Source of the DNA: a virus
Taxonomy: Duplodnaviria; Caudoviricetes
Strand: one strand, 5' to 3'
DNA: 54,729 nucleotides
Virus record (IMG/VR): IMGVR_UViG_3300032093_000178
Span: 1-54,729 of that record
Shown here piece after piece: positions 49,901 to 54,729 of the stretch. Both the position numbers and the translations under genes were made by a program. The first letter of the stretch is position 1. The number at the start of each line of letters is the position of its first letter. The notes beneath the pieces were generated by a model that searched no databases, was not told the DNA's origin, and saw nothing but the letters and a program-made list of their open reading frames with translations.

Positions 49901-50550
49901 ATCGTAACTTCCGCAATATAACATCCAGAGTTTACATAGAAAAGGTCTTCTGTAGGGTTTTTAGCGTTAATCTTGGTGATACGCAATCCCGCACCCCAAA
50001 TGGTTGTGTTTTTAGGAAGAATCACAGGATTATCCTCTAAATACGTTCCAGCCTGTACCTTAATTACATATCCGTTGAATATTGAACCAGTATCAAACCC
50101 ATATCTACCATCGTATCCTGGAGATGCCAATGAAGCTGCTCTTTTAATTGTACGAAGTGGGTATTGAATACTTCTACCATCGTTATTATCATCACCATCA
50201 GTTGAAGATACATAAAGTGTAGGAACGTTAGCACCAAAATCTTTTGCAAGAATTCCTGCGTATCGTTGAGTGTTTAATGATTCAGATGAAAATGATGCCG
50301 TAAATGAAAGAATTGTATCCGGAGCACTTACTCTTAAATCTCCATCAATTGTTAATGAGCCGGTTAAAAAAACCGAACCAGTTATTTCACTTTTATCATT
50401 TTCATTGTTGCCTAAAAAGAAACTTTTAGATACGAATAATGAGCCAGATATAATAGCGTCATTACCAACATTAACATCTTGTCTAATGTTGAGTGAACTA
50501 CTTATATCCTGTTGTTCTTCAATTTGTTTACGTGGTATCAGTCTTGCCAT
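37996..50550 (-). CDS. Giant virion protein, 4184 aa: beta-helix-like N-terminal domain, degenerate cupredoxin insert, 22 CxRD helical repeats and 22 single-helix repeats
   Basis: 'LYVSSTDGDDNNDG...RTIKRA...VQAGTYLE' beta-helix start; repeat 'NKxFIQxExIAYxSSSW...CKRDVGYIxDAVxTDLLYGGNERS'. Confidence 0.85.
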   Translation of the reverse strand: MARLIPRKQIEEQQDISSSLNIRQDVNVGNDAIISGSLFVSKSFFLGNNENDKSEITGSVFLTGSLTIDGDLRVSAPDTILSFTASFSSESLNTQRYAGILAKDFGANVPTLYVSSTDGDDNNDGRSIQYPLRTIKRAASLASPGYDGRYGFDTGSIFNGYVIKVQAGTYLEDNPVILPKNTTIWGAGLRITKINAKNPTEDLFYVNSGCYIAEVTMGGLRLFPDQINPEKGFAVAFQPGAFITTSPYVQNCSQISNQENSFTELYEDIPPGGGGLYVNGDVIDPDSPLASMVLDAYTQISPNGVGCLVNGRGFIQLVSFFNNFSYYSIRVNNGGHATLNNSNISFGLYGMYASGSRFISGSGGNIAARDSVRGTWSCVVDVLNKGLENGLPTITKLNTDEGIRLTSPALYTQSRVSAGTALSTAAAEEISADYKLISAIVDSGASNFPTLLAKSSIKGYGFDSPYNILGAEQITSSISATNADLTQISASYAAILSILANGTGSFNFRPNTSASKQIGNDIIQPIGSVATNYTSSVSSSFNNIINIIKSGLSVKPTYVANTSGSIKAGNTEQIMLGVTSSLATINSVSASFSIVYNILANGTGSNILPIPGNHQKSFVITNTNSSSFDFEGIGSNPTLTLFRGETYKFNVDAIETFGGLEYPFWIRTQQIEGIGERFDYNIGMVNNGDSRGTITFTVPYNAPNKLYYVSQNRSSMGGEINIVNSSTTPFDLIKNTLTYPATIQSGSVAKTGIDIITAYEILINNKEFIKDEVIQFVSSSWSDFSYPEETCKRDVGYIIDGVAKDLLFGGNEESIRNGLFYYQYPSEATTTQLGPTLTAVKHAAGVALNLIRGKIYVEPTNEVVDVWDTIRDNKTFIQNEVITYLSSSWSNFYYNEVKCRRDTGYILDAVATDIKYGGNERSITAGEYYYLYPSLAIVQGDGDGVGQLGQTVDGIRYASGLVDNLLKGKTFTSPDASTLSAYNNLINNKELIQNETIQFINVAFPNLKYNQATCRRDVGYIVDNVATDLLYGGLERGVIAGRYYYDFPSQATRTQKSSTIAGIRYAKIIGDTIVQNQILDTPRIVYNDEKNFRLSGVTNITSSFGGGTNEQTSVGNSFSIIEGIVERGLGSIKSLLAQNTGLNWNKYNPINVTTGSQITSSFTTPNEVNTIARNFDIVNTIIGGGLIAEPLFTASQAAAIAVTGTPQITASLVVSGSVGNDISASIAYVATIITNGTGSLGTLVSNLNSNVKVTQTPQYITGSSYYGTNTESTQLSSSIKIITDILEGGLSVVPTLTSNVSASIKVTNASQYISASYSASASDVNFISSSISIVTKIIEGGEFSAPAFQTYTNRITSSNSVAAYEILKNNIPFIVSESIAYLSSSWAGFEYDESKCRRDLGFILSGSAEDLIWNANSASVFNGLFYWEFPSQAQGAQLQQTLDGINYASRLAQKVIQNVEFITASANILNAASLLVNNKVFIQDETIAYLSSSWGEHPYIELTCKRDVGHIIDAIRTDLVYGGNERSRNAGIFYYLYPSQATGSQLLPTLDGINYAGRMIQKIVTGSVFLSADENKLNASNLISRNKNLIANEVVAYVSSSWSTAEYNQAKCLRDTKYILDAVRTDLVYGGNERTRFAGEYYYRYPSAAIVGGVPSATQQLDPTITGVNYANQLVQNIITNVVLSAPSTSVLNAASLLKTNRAFLQQNTVDYANETYPNLDYIQSKCYRDTGFIVDAVITDLVYGGNERSITAGRFYYLYPSQATGVQSEETIDSLNFTKGLAKLVAIGGKSIEDGFDIVANVIESGSNSAPNVVLNTSAGIKATTAQQITSSISVGTNDKSIVSSSFGNILNILSNGTGSIPTTIVKNTNKGVNVLGGAQITSSITPSNTENVKVTTGFDIVLDIVENGTGSIPTIVTNVNSLIRRTPTNRYITTASISSTYLTSSNNNFDIVLDIVENGTGSLPVSIKNVDGLVKITNTNQYTSSVIISSSLARNISGSFDKIINILENGTGSLPTIISNVNNIKVTNATQYFGGTPATQTQANAISASISIVTNIIANGTGSLPTVTLYTSSISSSNVIAAYTILKNNLDFIVSESIAYLSSSWSTASYDESKCRRDLRFILSGSAEDLLWNANSASVFNGAYYYQFPSQAQGAQLNQTLDGINYASRLAQKIVLNTTFVTQSAQVKDAYALLVNNKDFIKNEVIPYISSSWSTHQYVESTCKRDIVHIIDAVSTDLLYGGNERTINAGVFYYLYPSEATGSQIQETVTGIQYARDIAFKILKGNTFIKVSQNKLQAKELIYNNREFIQNEVISYVSASWSTTSYNETTCKRDVGHILDAVTTDIVYGGNERSINAGVFYYEYPSQATTSQLGATLSGIKYAKDLTDKVLKNSTFVSASNSSILAYELIFNNKAFIQNETIAYISSSWSSFPYNETTCKRDVGYILDAVATDILYGGNERVAEAGEYYYLYPSLAIIGNDGDTGGQLNQTLDGIKYAKGITEKIVANILLQSPTTSELTGFNLLTDNKKFIQSESIAYLSSSWSGDDGFSYNETTCKRDIGYIIDAVRTDLLYGGNERSSKAGEYYYLYPSAAILTGSISPTTATQKGPTLDGIQYVAGTAQNVISNKELIAPTGFVTSSVNLLRQNKRFIQNETVQYIDAFFPNLVYLREKCRRDVGYILDAVITDTFYGGNQRSVIAGQYYYLYPSLATKSTQVRETVEGVEYAKALSKAIAQNIKLNSPALTTNTDGNIKVTDTTQYTTSLSASINEVNQISSSFALVTNIIENGLSTIPTIIENGNGLIKVSNTIQYTSSISASGVELDIITSSFKHVADIIENGVAFVPDSLARNYNYGFELSTPTLLHISSQEQVIGTGSYNLSTQITNISSSYGTVVNVLKNGLSVLPTLVASTSSSLKVTNANPIRQVISASSFDTNKIASGFDLILNVIENGTSVLPTIVSNTSASIKVTDTPQLISGSAAGRLQGKLISASLSLVIDVLLNNGTSSIAYRPSTYPIANTNTKINSAYNLLVSNSKFIVDETIAYMSSSWSGFEYTQSKCERDLTGILSGSAFDLLYGGNSASLFNGKFYFDFPSQATGSQLDQTITAIKYASGLAEKVVLNIPFTHISASINQQTSASWNSLRANKEFIQSESIAYLSSSWSDFDYNEITCKRDIGYIIDAVATDLLYGGNERSVVAGRYYYDFPSQATDSQLEPTLTGVRYAKGTAMNVVVNKEIFTSSLEVQYTYDLIKANKRFIQSESIAFVNVKYPNLDYSESKCYRDLGYIIDGVATDLLYGGNERSRKNADYYYQFPSQANGSGSQVVETVEAIKYAARITTASISSILIGTPSVIPNTLANIKVTNAQQFITSSLFGTITEANTISASISIVTDIVRNGTGSLPTLIPYTTASVDTNVIYAYNLLKANIGFIVSESIAYLSSSWSTASYDESKCRRDLGFILSGSAEDLLFNANSASIFNGVFYYLYPSQAQGAQLNQTLDGINYASRLAQNIVQNVTYVTASANVSASYELIRNNREFIQNETIAYISSSWSTASYDEVTCKRDVGHIIDAVSTDLLYGGNERSTNAGVFYYLYPSQAQGSQLQPTLTGVNYAGQTSKNVAASLTYVTASQIVSASVNLLRKNREFIQNETLAYLTASWSTFEYDKDKCKRDVGYILDGVTTDLLYGGNERSVLNGEFYYKYPSLAIVEGDGDGLGQLGQTIDGINYASRLAQKVVKNIVFVTASLEASASFDLLRKNKTFVAEETIKYVSSSWSGVYYNEATCKRDVGYLIDAAATDVLYGGQERSVIAGQYYYLYPSNAINSGVPSTQNQLDPTLTGIRYAGKLSKKVITNPTYLVPSASLLTTAKLLTDNKELIQKETITFLSSSWSGLKYNEVSCSRDLGFIIDAIRTDLVYGGNERSIEAGSYYYKFPSVAIVESYGDNNGQKKQTVDGINFARGLSEKIVANTLLNYLAPSTKRRQAAERLKLGKEELKQRAIGYTNGAFPYLVYNEASCSRDTGFIVDACVTDLLYGGNERGIRAASSYYDGQYGSAIAVTRDQLLETLETNRYLRTRAEFIAAGAPLEAFGSLIVATGIDYSYNGSGVTFKALPPNQGGSGVANPAFEITELGGGRIFFTSGNQDGDFRIGTGLSINQATGTLVGRTFSKSLFSLVTPFSLALQI

Positions 50551-50936
50551 TATAGTATTTCAGATATTTTACCTTTTATTTCAAAATCAGTTGCCACAAC
50601 GGAAGCAGGAGCTAATGTTATAGGAACAAGAAATATAACCTCTATATTATTTTCATCCACACCGATATCATATCTATCTTGAGGTTGCTTTACTCCAAAT
50701 AAATATACATCAATATAATCTTTCACACTATCTATTTCCAAAATATCTATATTAAACTTTTTATTCAAAAGATACAATGTAAATAACTGTCCACTTTCAT
50801 CTAAATTTATGTAATTTGGACTAAATGAATATATAAAAGTATCGATATTCACATCTAAAACAAATTGTTTAAATGCCAATCTATCTCTTTTTTGAAGAAT
50901 ATTAGTTCTATTTATAGTTGGTACTTTTCTTGCCAT
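50550..50936 (-). CDS. Small neck-associated protein, 128 aa
   Basis: TAATG overlaps on both sides; C-terminal domain resembles those of the two upstream genes. Confidence 0.75.
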   Translation of the reverse strand: MARKVPTINRTNILQKRDRLAFKQFVLDVNIDTFIYSFSPNYINLDESGQLFTLYLLNKKFNIDILEIDSVKDYIDVYLFGVKQPQDRYDIGVDENNIEVIFLVPITLAPASVVATDFEIKGKISEIL

Positions 50937-51292
50937 TATTTAATATTTTCTACATCTCCGGTTATTTTTACCTCATCGGAATCAATTAAAGCGTATGGAT
51001 TACCAAAACGGTCAAATTCTGGAAATTGACTTCTAATAAACTTTATGATTAACCCATTTCCTTCCGTTTCTAAAATATAATCTTGCTCTCTTATAAATAA
51101 ACCATTTATAAAAACATCAAATCTTGCTGTTGTTTTTCTGAATTTAGTAAGTGGTTCGTATAACGTTTTAACTCTAACATTATCAAGTTTATAAATCCAA
51201 TAATAAGGATGATTCAAATCATATGAAAAAAATTCATATTCATTTGGCTCATTTACCTCTTTCATTATATTTTTTAATAATTTTATATTCAT
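50936..51292 (-). CDS. Small neck-associated protein, 118 aa
   Basis: 'FDVFINGLFI...DEVKITGD' domain; ATGA overlap with the gp15-like gene. Confidence 0.75.
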   Translation of the reverse strand: MNIKLLKNIMKEVNEPNEYEFFSYDLNHPYYWIYKLDNVRVKTLYEPLTKFRKTTARFDVFINGLFIREQDYILETEGNGLIIKFIRSQFPEFDRFGNPYALIDSDEVKITGDVENIK

Positions 51293-52347
51293 AGCTCTTG
51301 GAATTTACCGGTTATCAAAACTTCATCAGTAATTTCTATTGGATATGGTAAACTAAATGTAAATGTAATTTCTTTAGTATTTCCATCGTAAGAATATGTG
51401 TAATATGTTGGAGATATAAAATCACCATTAAGATAAACTCTAAACCAATTGACAACATCAAATACACCAAGCAATTCATTTGGTAAAGTTGGTTGTTTTA
51501 CGTTTGTTAGTTTAACCGTTGTTGAATTAACAAATGTAGCTTGTTGATGACCTCTAATTGCAATAAAGTTTACAACATCTGCATATTCTTGATATACGTT
51601 TAATCCTGTAAAATTTCCTCCAGAAAGGTCTGTCTCAACTCCCCAAACAACTCTTTTTGGGGTGAATGATTTATTCATAGTTGGTTTGTTATCAACAATT
51701 TCAGGTAAAAGATATGCGTTTACGGTTGTAGTGAATGAAGTTCTAATAACTCTTTCAGTCCCTTGTGCAACTTCTTGTGAAGTTTCAAATGAATTGATTG
51801 AACTTTTAAATTTAAATCCATCTTCCATTCCCCAATATCTTTCACTTTGATTTTGAAAAGCTTCAACTAATACATTCATATGTTCGGTAAAAGATGTCCA
51901 AATTACCATCTCATATTGTATAGTTACATATGAAGGAATCGATACACTATAAATTTCATAAACAGGTTGAGCACCAGTCATTATTGAAAATCTATCATAT
52001 CTATTTTTTGCAGAATATTTTTTAGCATATTGAATTGTCCCAGCTTCTTTAAAAACTGGCATGGATTCATTTTTTTGAATACTACTTCTTCTGAACATTA
52101 CCATTGGTATTTGAATTCTACCTCTAGCATCTCTTAAATATCCTTGAACTCTAGCACCTTCCCATCTTTCCGCATTTCCGTAAATCAATGGAACTTTTAA
52201 TAAATTTCCATTTTCTTCTAAATTAGGAATAATAACTTTAGACATGTAATCAGCTATCGCAGAATCTACATCTATTATCTTAACTCCTTTTTGGAATTGT
52301 TTATCTATCGATAATTGTTTGGCTCTATTTGTTTCTCTTTTTTCCAT
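51289..52347 (-). CDS. Tail terminator / sheath stabiliser (T4 gp15-like) with an extra C-terminal domain, 352 aa
   Basis: 'KVPLIYGNAERW...IPMVMF...PSYVTIQYEMVIWT...HMNVLVE'; follows the gp13/gp14-like genes. Confidence 0.7.
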   Translation of the reverse strand: MEKRETNRAKQLSIDKQFQKGVKIIDVDSAIADYMSKVIIPNLEENGNLLKVPLIYGNAERWEGARVQGYLRDARGRIQIPMVMFRRSSIQKNESMPVFKEAGTIQYAKKYSAKNRYDRFSIMTGAQPVYEIYSVSIPSYVTIQYEMVIWTSFTEHMNVLVEAFQNQSERYWGMEDGFKFKSSINSFETSQEVAQGTERVIRTSFTTTVNAYLLPEIVDNKPTMNKSFTPKRVVWGVETDLSGGNFTGLNVYQEYADVVNFIAIRGHQQATFVNSTTVKLTNVKQPTLPNELLGVFDVVNWFRVYLNGDFISPTYYTYSYDGNTKEITFTFSLPYPIEITDEVLITGKFQEL

Positions 52348-52802
52348 TATACAATTCTCATTTCAGTTTGTATCGTGCTTCTTCTAGTCATAAATGTAGA
52401 ACAAATAATTGAAAATTTATTATCCACTTGACCACCAATTAATTGGTCTTCTCTTATATTATCGATTTCAAAATATCCATTATTATGAAAAATAATATCA
52501 CCCACTTCTGGATAAAATCCTTTTTCTTCCAATGTGAATCTATTAAAACGGAATTCAACTAATTGATTTTTATCTGCACCAAATCCTTCATAATCGGTTG
52601 TAGAACTCTCTCTTTCAATCATAGCAGTACACTCTAATCCCTGATAATATGTTTTATTTAAGGATTCTCCATATAGATTGGTCTTGCTATCCTCAATAAT
52701 TAATTTATAAAGAACAACACTCGTTTCTACAACAACATCAACCAGTTCTCTGGCTATGCTTTCAAAGAATTTTATATCTCTTGATAATGCAAATCTAGCC
52801 AT
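52347..52802 (-). CDS. Neck / head-closure protein (T4 gp14-like), 151 aa
   Basis: 'NLYGES...YPEVGDIIFHNNGYFEIDNIRE'; synteny. Confidence 0.7.
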   Translation of the reverse strand: MARFALSRDIKFFESIARELVDVVVETSVVLYKLIIEDSKTNLYGESLNKTYYQGLECTAMIERESSTTDYEGFGADKNQLVEFRFNRFTLEEKGFYPEVGDIIFHNNGYFEIDNIREDQLIGGQVDNKFSIICSTFMTRRSTIQTEMRIV

Positions 52803-52806
52803 AATA

Positions 52807-53973
52807 TTAACCTATATAAATTGCTAGTGGAACTTTTCGTAACATTTCCTGGTGAGCAGTAGCTTCCGTGTTTCGGTTTTCAAACTGTTTAGTTCTACTC
52901 AATTCTTCTAAAGTTTCTCTTAATTGTGTCATAAGAGATTCCTTTTCGGTTTGTGCTTCACTTCTTAATGCGGCTCCATCTAAACTGATTTCCGCACCAG
53001 GTATTGGAATTTGTGAGTATTTCTCTCTTACAGCTCCTAACATTTCTTTTACTAATGCAAGAGTATATTTTCTAATCCATTGTTTACCCACATCATTAAT
53101 TCCACCATACTCCATAAAATCATATGGAATATCAGAATAATCCGAAATGACATCAGGAGTAATATTAGTTGAATTACTTACAAATTCATCTCTTACAAAA
53201 TAATCAAAGTATAATTTTCCATAAAGATTAATATGTTGAGAAGTTGGTCTTGGGAATACTCTAATCTTACCATTTACAATATTGAAAGTAAATGCCGATT
53301 TTCTGAATTGGTCATTAAATTCAATAGCTTGGATTCTTAACATATCCTCAAATATTGGCATCAATATAAATTGTGCCGCTGGTGAGAATGAACCAAATCC
53401 AAATTCATCAATTAAGTTTAATGTACCTTGTCCACTTACCGAATAAGGGTCAAAGAATCTATTAATTGCAGGTACTGGTTCGTGAAATATTTTTACAATT
53501 TCAATACGTTTTCCACTTTCGGAAACAGCTCCCCATAGTGTATCTAAATCATATTCCTGTTGTCCGGCTTGTAATTCTACATATCCCTTTTTGATATCAG
53601 TATTACCACCCACACCGGCTAAAGTTCCATATGCATCCGAAATACCAATTAATGTTGGAAGATTTGAACCTTGAACTAATTTACTTGAAAGATTTGTAGT
53701 TTTAGATTTTCCTCTTAAAGTATCTAAATTATTACGAATATTGAATTGATTAACCTGCGCACCATATTCCGATACGGCTTCTTCTAAACAAGCGTAAAAA
53801 TTTTCATCTAAAAGTTCAATGTTTTGAATAGGATATCCCAATCTCCTAGCACACCAAAGTGCTACTTTTGGAGCTTCTTCTTGGAACTCATAATCGTTAT
53901 CATATATTCCAAAAGGAGTTTGTCCCGGAAAGAACGAAGATGAACCAGGATATATTAAAGTTTCTAATGCCAT
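52807..53973 (-). CDS. Neck / head-tail adaptor (T4 gp13-like), 388 aa
   Basis: 'RRLGYPIQNIEL...CLEEAVSEY' and 'WIRKYTLALVKEMLGAVREKY...PGAEISLDGAALRSEA'. Confidence 0.8.
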   Translation of the reverse strand: MALETLIYPGSSSFFPGQTPFGIYDNDYEFQEEAPKVALWCARRLGYPIQNIELLDENFYACLEEAVSEYGAQVNQFNIRNNLDTLRGKSKTTNLSSKLVQGSNLPTLIGISDAYGTLAGVGGNTDIKKGYVELQAGQQEYDLDTLWGAVSESGKRIEIVKIFHEPVPAINRFFDPYSVSGQGTLNLIDEFGFGSFSPAAQFILMPIFEDMLRIQAIEFNDQFRKSAFTFNIVNGKIRVFPRPTSQHINLYGKLYFDYFVRDEFVSNSTNITPDVISDYSDIPYDFMEYGGINDVGKQWIRKYTLALVKEMLGAVREKYSQIPIPGAEISLDGAALRSEAQTEKESLMTQLRETLEELSRTKQFENRNTEATAHQEMLRKVPLAIYIG

Positions 53974-53998
53974 TATAAGTACTTATTTTAACGTTACC

Positions 53999-54007
53999 TA
54001 TAAATAT
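53999..54007 (-). promoter_or_regulatory. Putative late promoter motif ATATTTATA upstream of the gp13-like gene
   Basis: About 26 nt upstream of the ATG; recurrent motif. Confidence 0.55.
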
Positions 54008-54049
54008 TAGAAACCAAAAGAATAGTGTTTAGAAAGGGATTATGTAAAA

Positions 54050-54388
54050 TTATGCGATTGAACCTGTCACTAACCATTTCCAATCAGAACCATCGTAGAT
54101 ATATAAATTTGTTTTACCATACGATGCTGATGCTACTAACATTCCAGCTTGTCCATTTGGGAAAGTTTCTACCGGTGTTAATTTAATAACATTATCTATA
54201 TTAACCGAACCGGTTACATTAAAAGAACCAGTTATAGTTTGATTGCCATTGAATTGATTTGAACCTGTTGTTGCGAATGAACCACTATTTATTGAAAATC
54301 CAGATGTACCAGATGTACCACTTCCACCAGCCACACCGGCCGATGATATAGTTACTTGTGTAAGATTTTTAGTTATTTCTATTGCCAT
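54050..54388 (-). CDS. Small virion protein with a mini Gly-X-Ser tract, 112 aa
   Basis: 'GGSGTSGTSG' and 'TTGSNQFNGNQTITGS' resemble motifs of the giant fibres. Confidence 0.7.
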   Translation of the reverse strand: MAIEITKNLTQVTISSAGVAGGSGTSGTSGFSINSGSFATTGSNQFNGNQTITGSFNVTGSVNIDNVIKLTPVETFPNGQAGMLVASASYGKTNLYIYDGSDWKWLVTGSIA

Positions 54389-54392
54389 TTTA

Positions 54393-54728
54393 TTATCGTG
54401 TTACATTTTTTGAAAGTTTCACTTTACCCTCTAATAATCGTGTAACCTCATTTCCTTTTACCAATTCTAAATCGTAAAATGCTTCACCAAAATTTAATGC
54501 CGATGAAGATGCCGCAGAAATATATATCCCAATAGAACCACTTTGGACAGGAGTTATAAAATTAGAACCACTTAAATTGATTCCTGTGTTATCGGACTTT
54601 AAAGATGATGAAAGTGAAAGAAAGACTTCAGATGATTCAACACCTGGTCTAATTTGCATTCTAGCGTGGTAACCACTCAAATCAATCGCTGAACCGCTCT
54701 CATCGTTCCAATTGATTTGAAAATTTGT
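54393..54728 (-). CDS. Virion structural protein, 5'-truncated by the window edge
   Basis: Frame stays open past the tracked TTG start to the edge (TNFQINWNDESGSAIDLSGYHARMQIR...YDLEL...RLLEGKV). Confidence 0.7.
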   Translation of the reverse strand, partial: TNFQINWNDESGSAIDLSGYHARMQIRPGVESSEVFLSLSSSLKSDNTGINLSGSNFITPVQSGSIGIYISAASSSALNFGEAFYDLELVKGNEVTRLLEGKVKLSKNVTR

Positions 54729-54729
54729 T

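Noticed and set aside
1198-53140. Short plus-strand ORFs throughout the track
   Set aside because: They lie opposite well-supported minus-strand genes and show no recognisable motifs
10293-54007. T4-type late promoters (TATAAATA) driving plus-strand transcription
   Set aside because: No credible plus-strand genes follow them; their positions track minus-strand starts. Antisense use cannot be fully excluded without TSS data
897-54680. Stop-codon recoding as seen in some large Bacteroidota phages
   Set aside because: ORFs up to 12.5 kb are open in the standard code, and TAG and TGA both end genes here (e.g. TAG at 14423, TGA at 51289)
54393-54680. ORF-track TTG start at 54680
   Set aside because: The frame is open to the window edge with family-like sequence, so the true start lies outside the window

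Overview
AT-rich 54.7-kb segment of a large contractile-tailed (myovirus-like, probably jumbo) phage genome. Every credible gene is on the minus strand and reads in the standard code. In transcription order (right to left): two small virion proteins; T4 gp13/gp14/gp15-like neck and tail-terminator genes; a ~37-kb block of appendage genes with three giant repeat proteins (4184, 3609, 3068 aa); tail sheath; tail tube; a tail assembly chaperone with a candidate +1/-2 frameshift; tape measure; baseplate genes; and a complete tmRNA. TTTG-N20-TATATTT(G/A) promoters point to a Bacteroidota host (inference). Main observations: (1) the 4184-aa protein has 22 repeats that align by eye with the phycobiliprotein chromophore-binding helix (C-x-R-D), plus 22 separately clustered helices in a numerically balanced, nested order; (2) the 3609-aa fibre has two cupredoxin-like domains with complete type-1 copper ligand sets; (3) there are very long Pro-poor Gly-X-Ser tracts and a pervasive [ST]-[GAS]-S motif in surface proteins; (4) a conserved (A/G)TATTTATA motif lies upstream of structural genes. 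All family calls are manual motif recognition and all counts are manual; no database searches were run.
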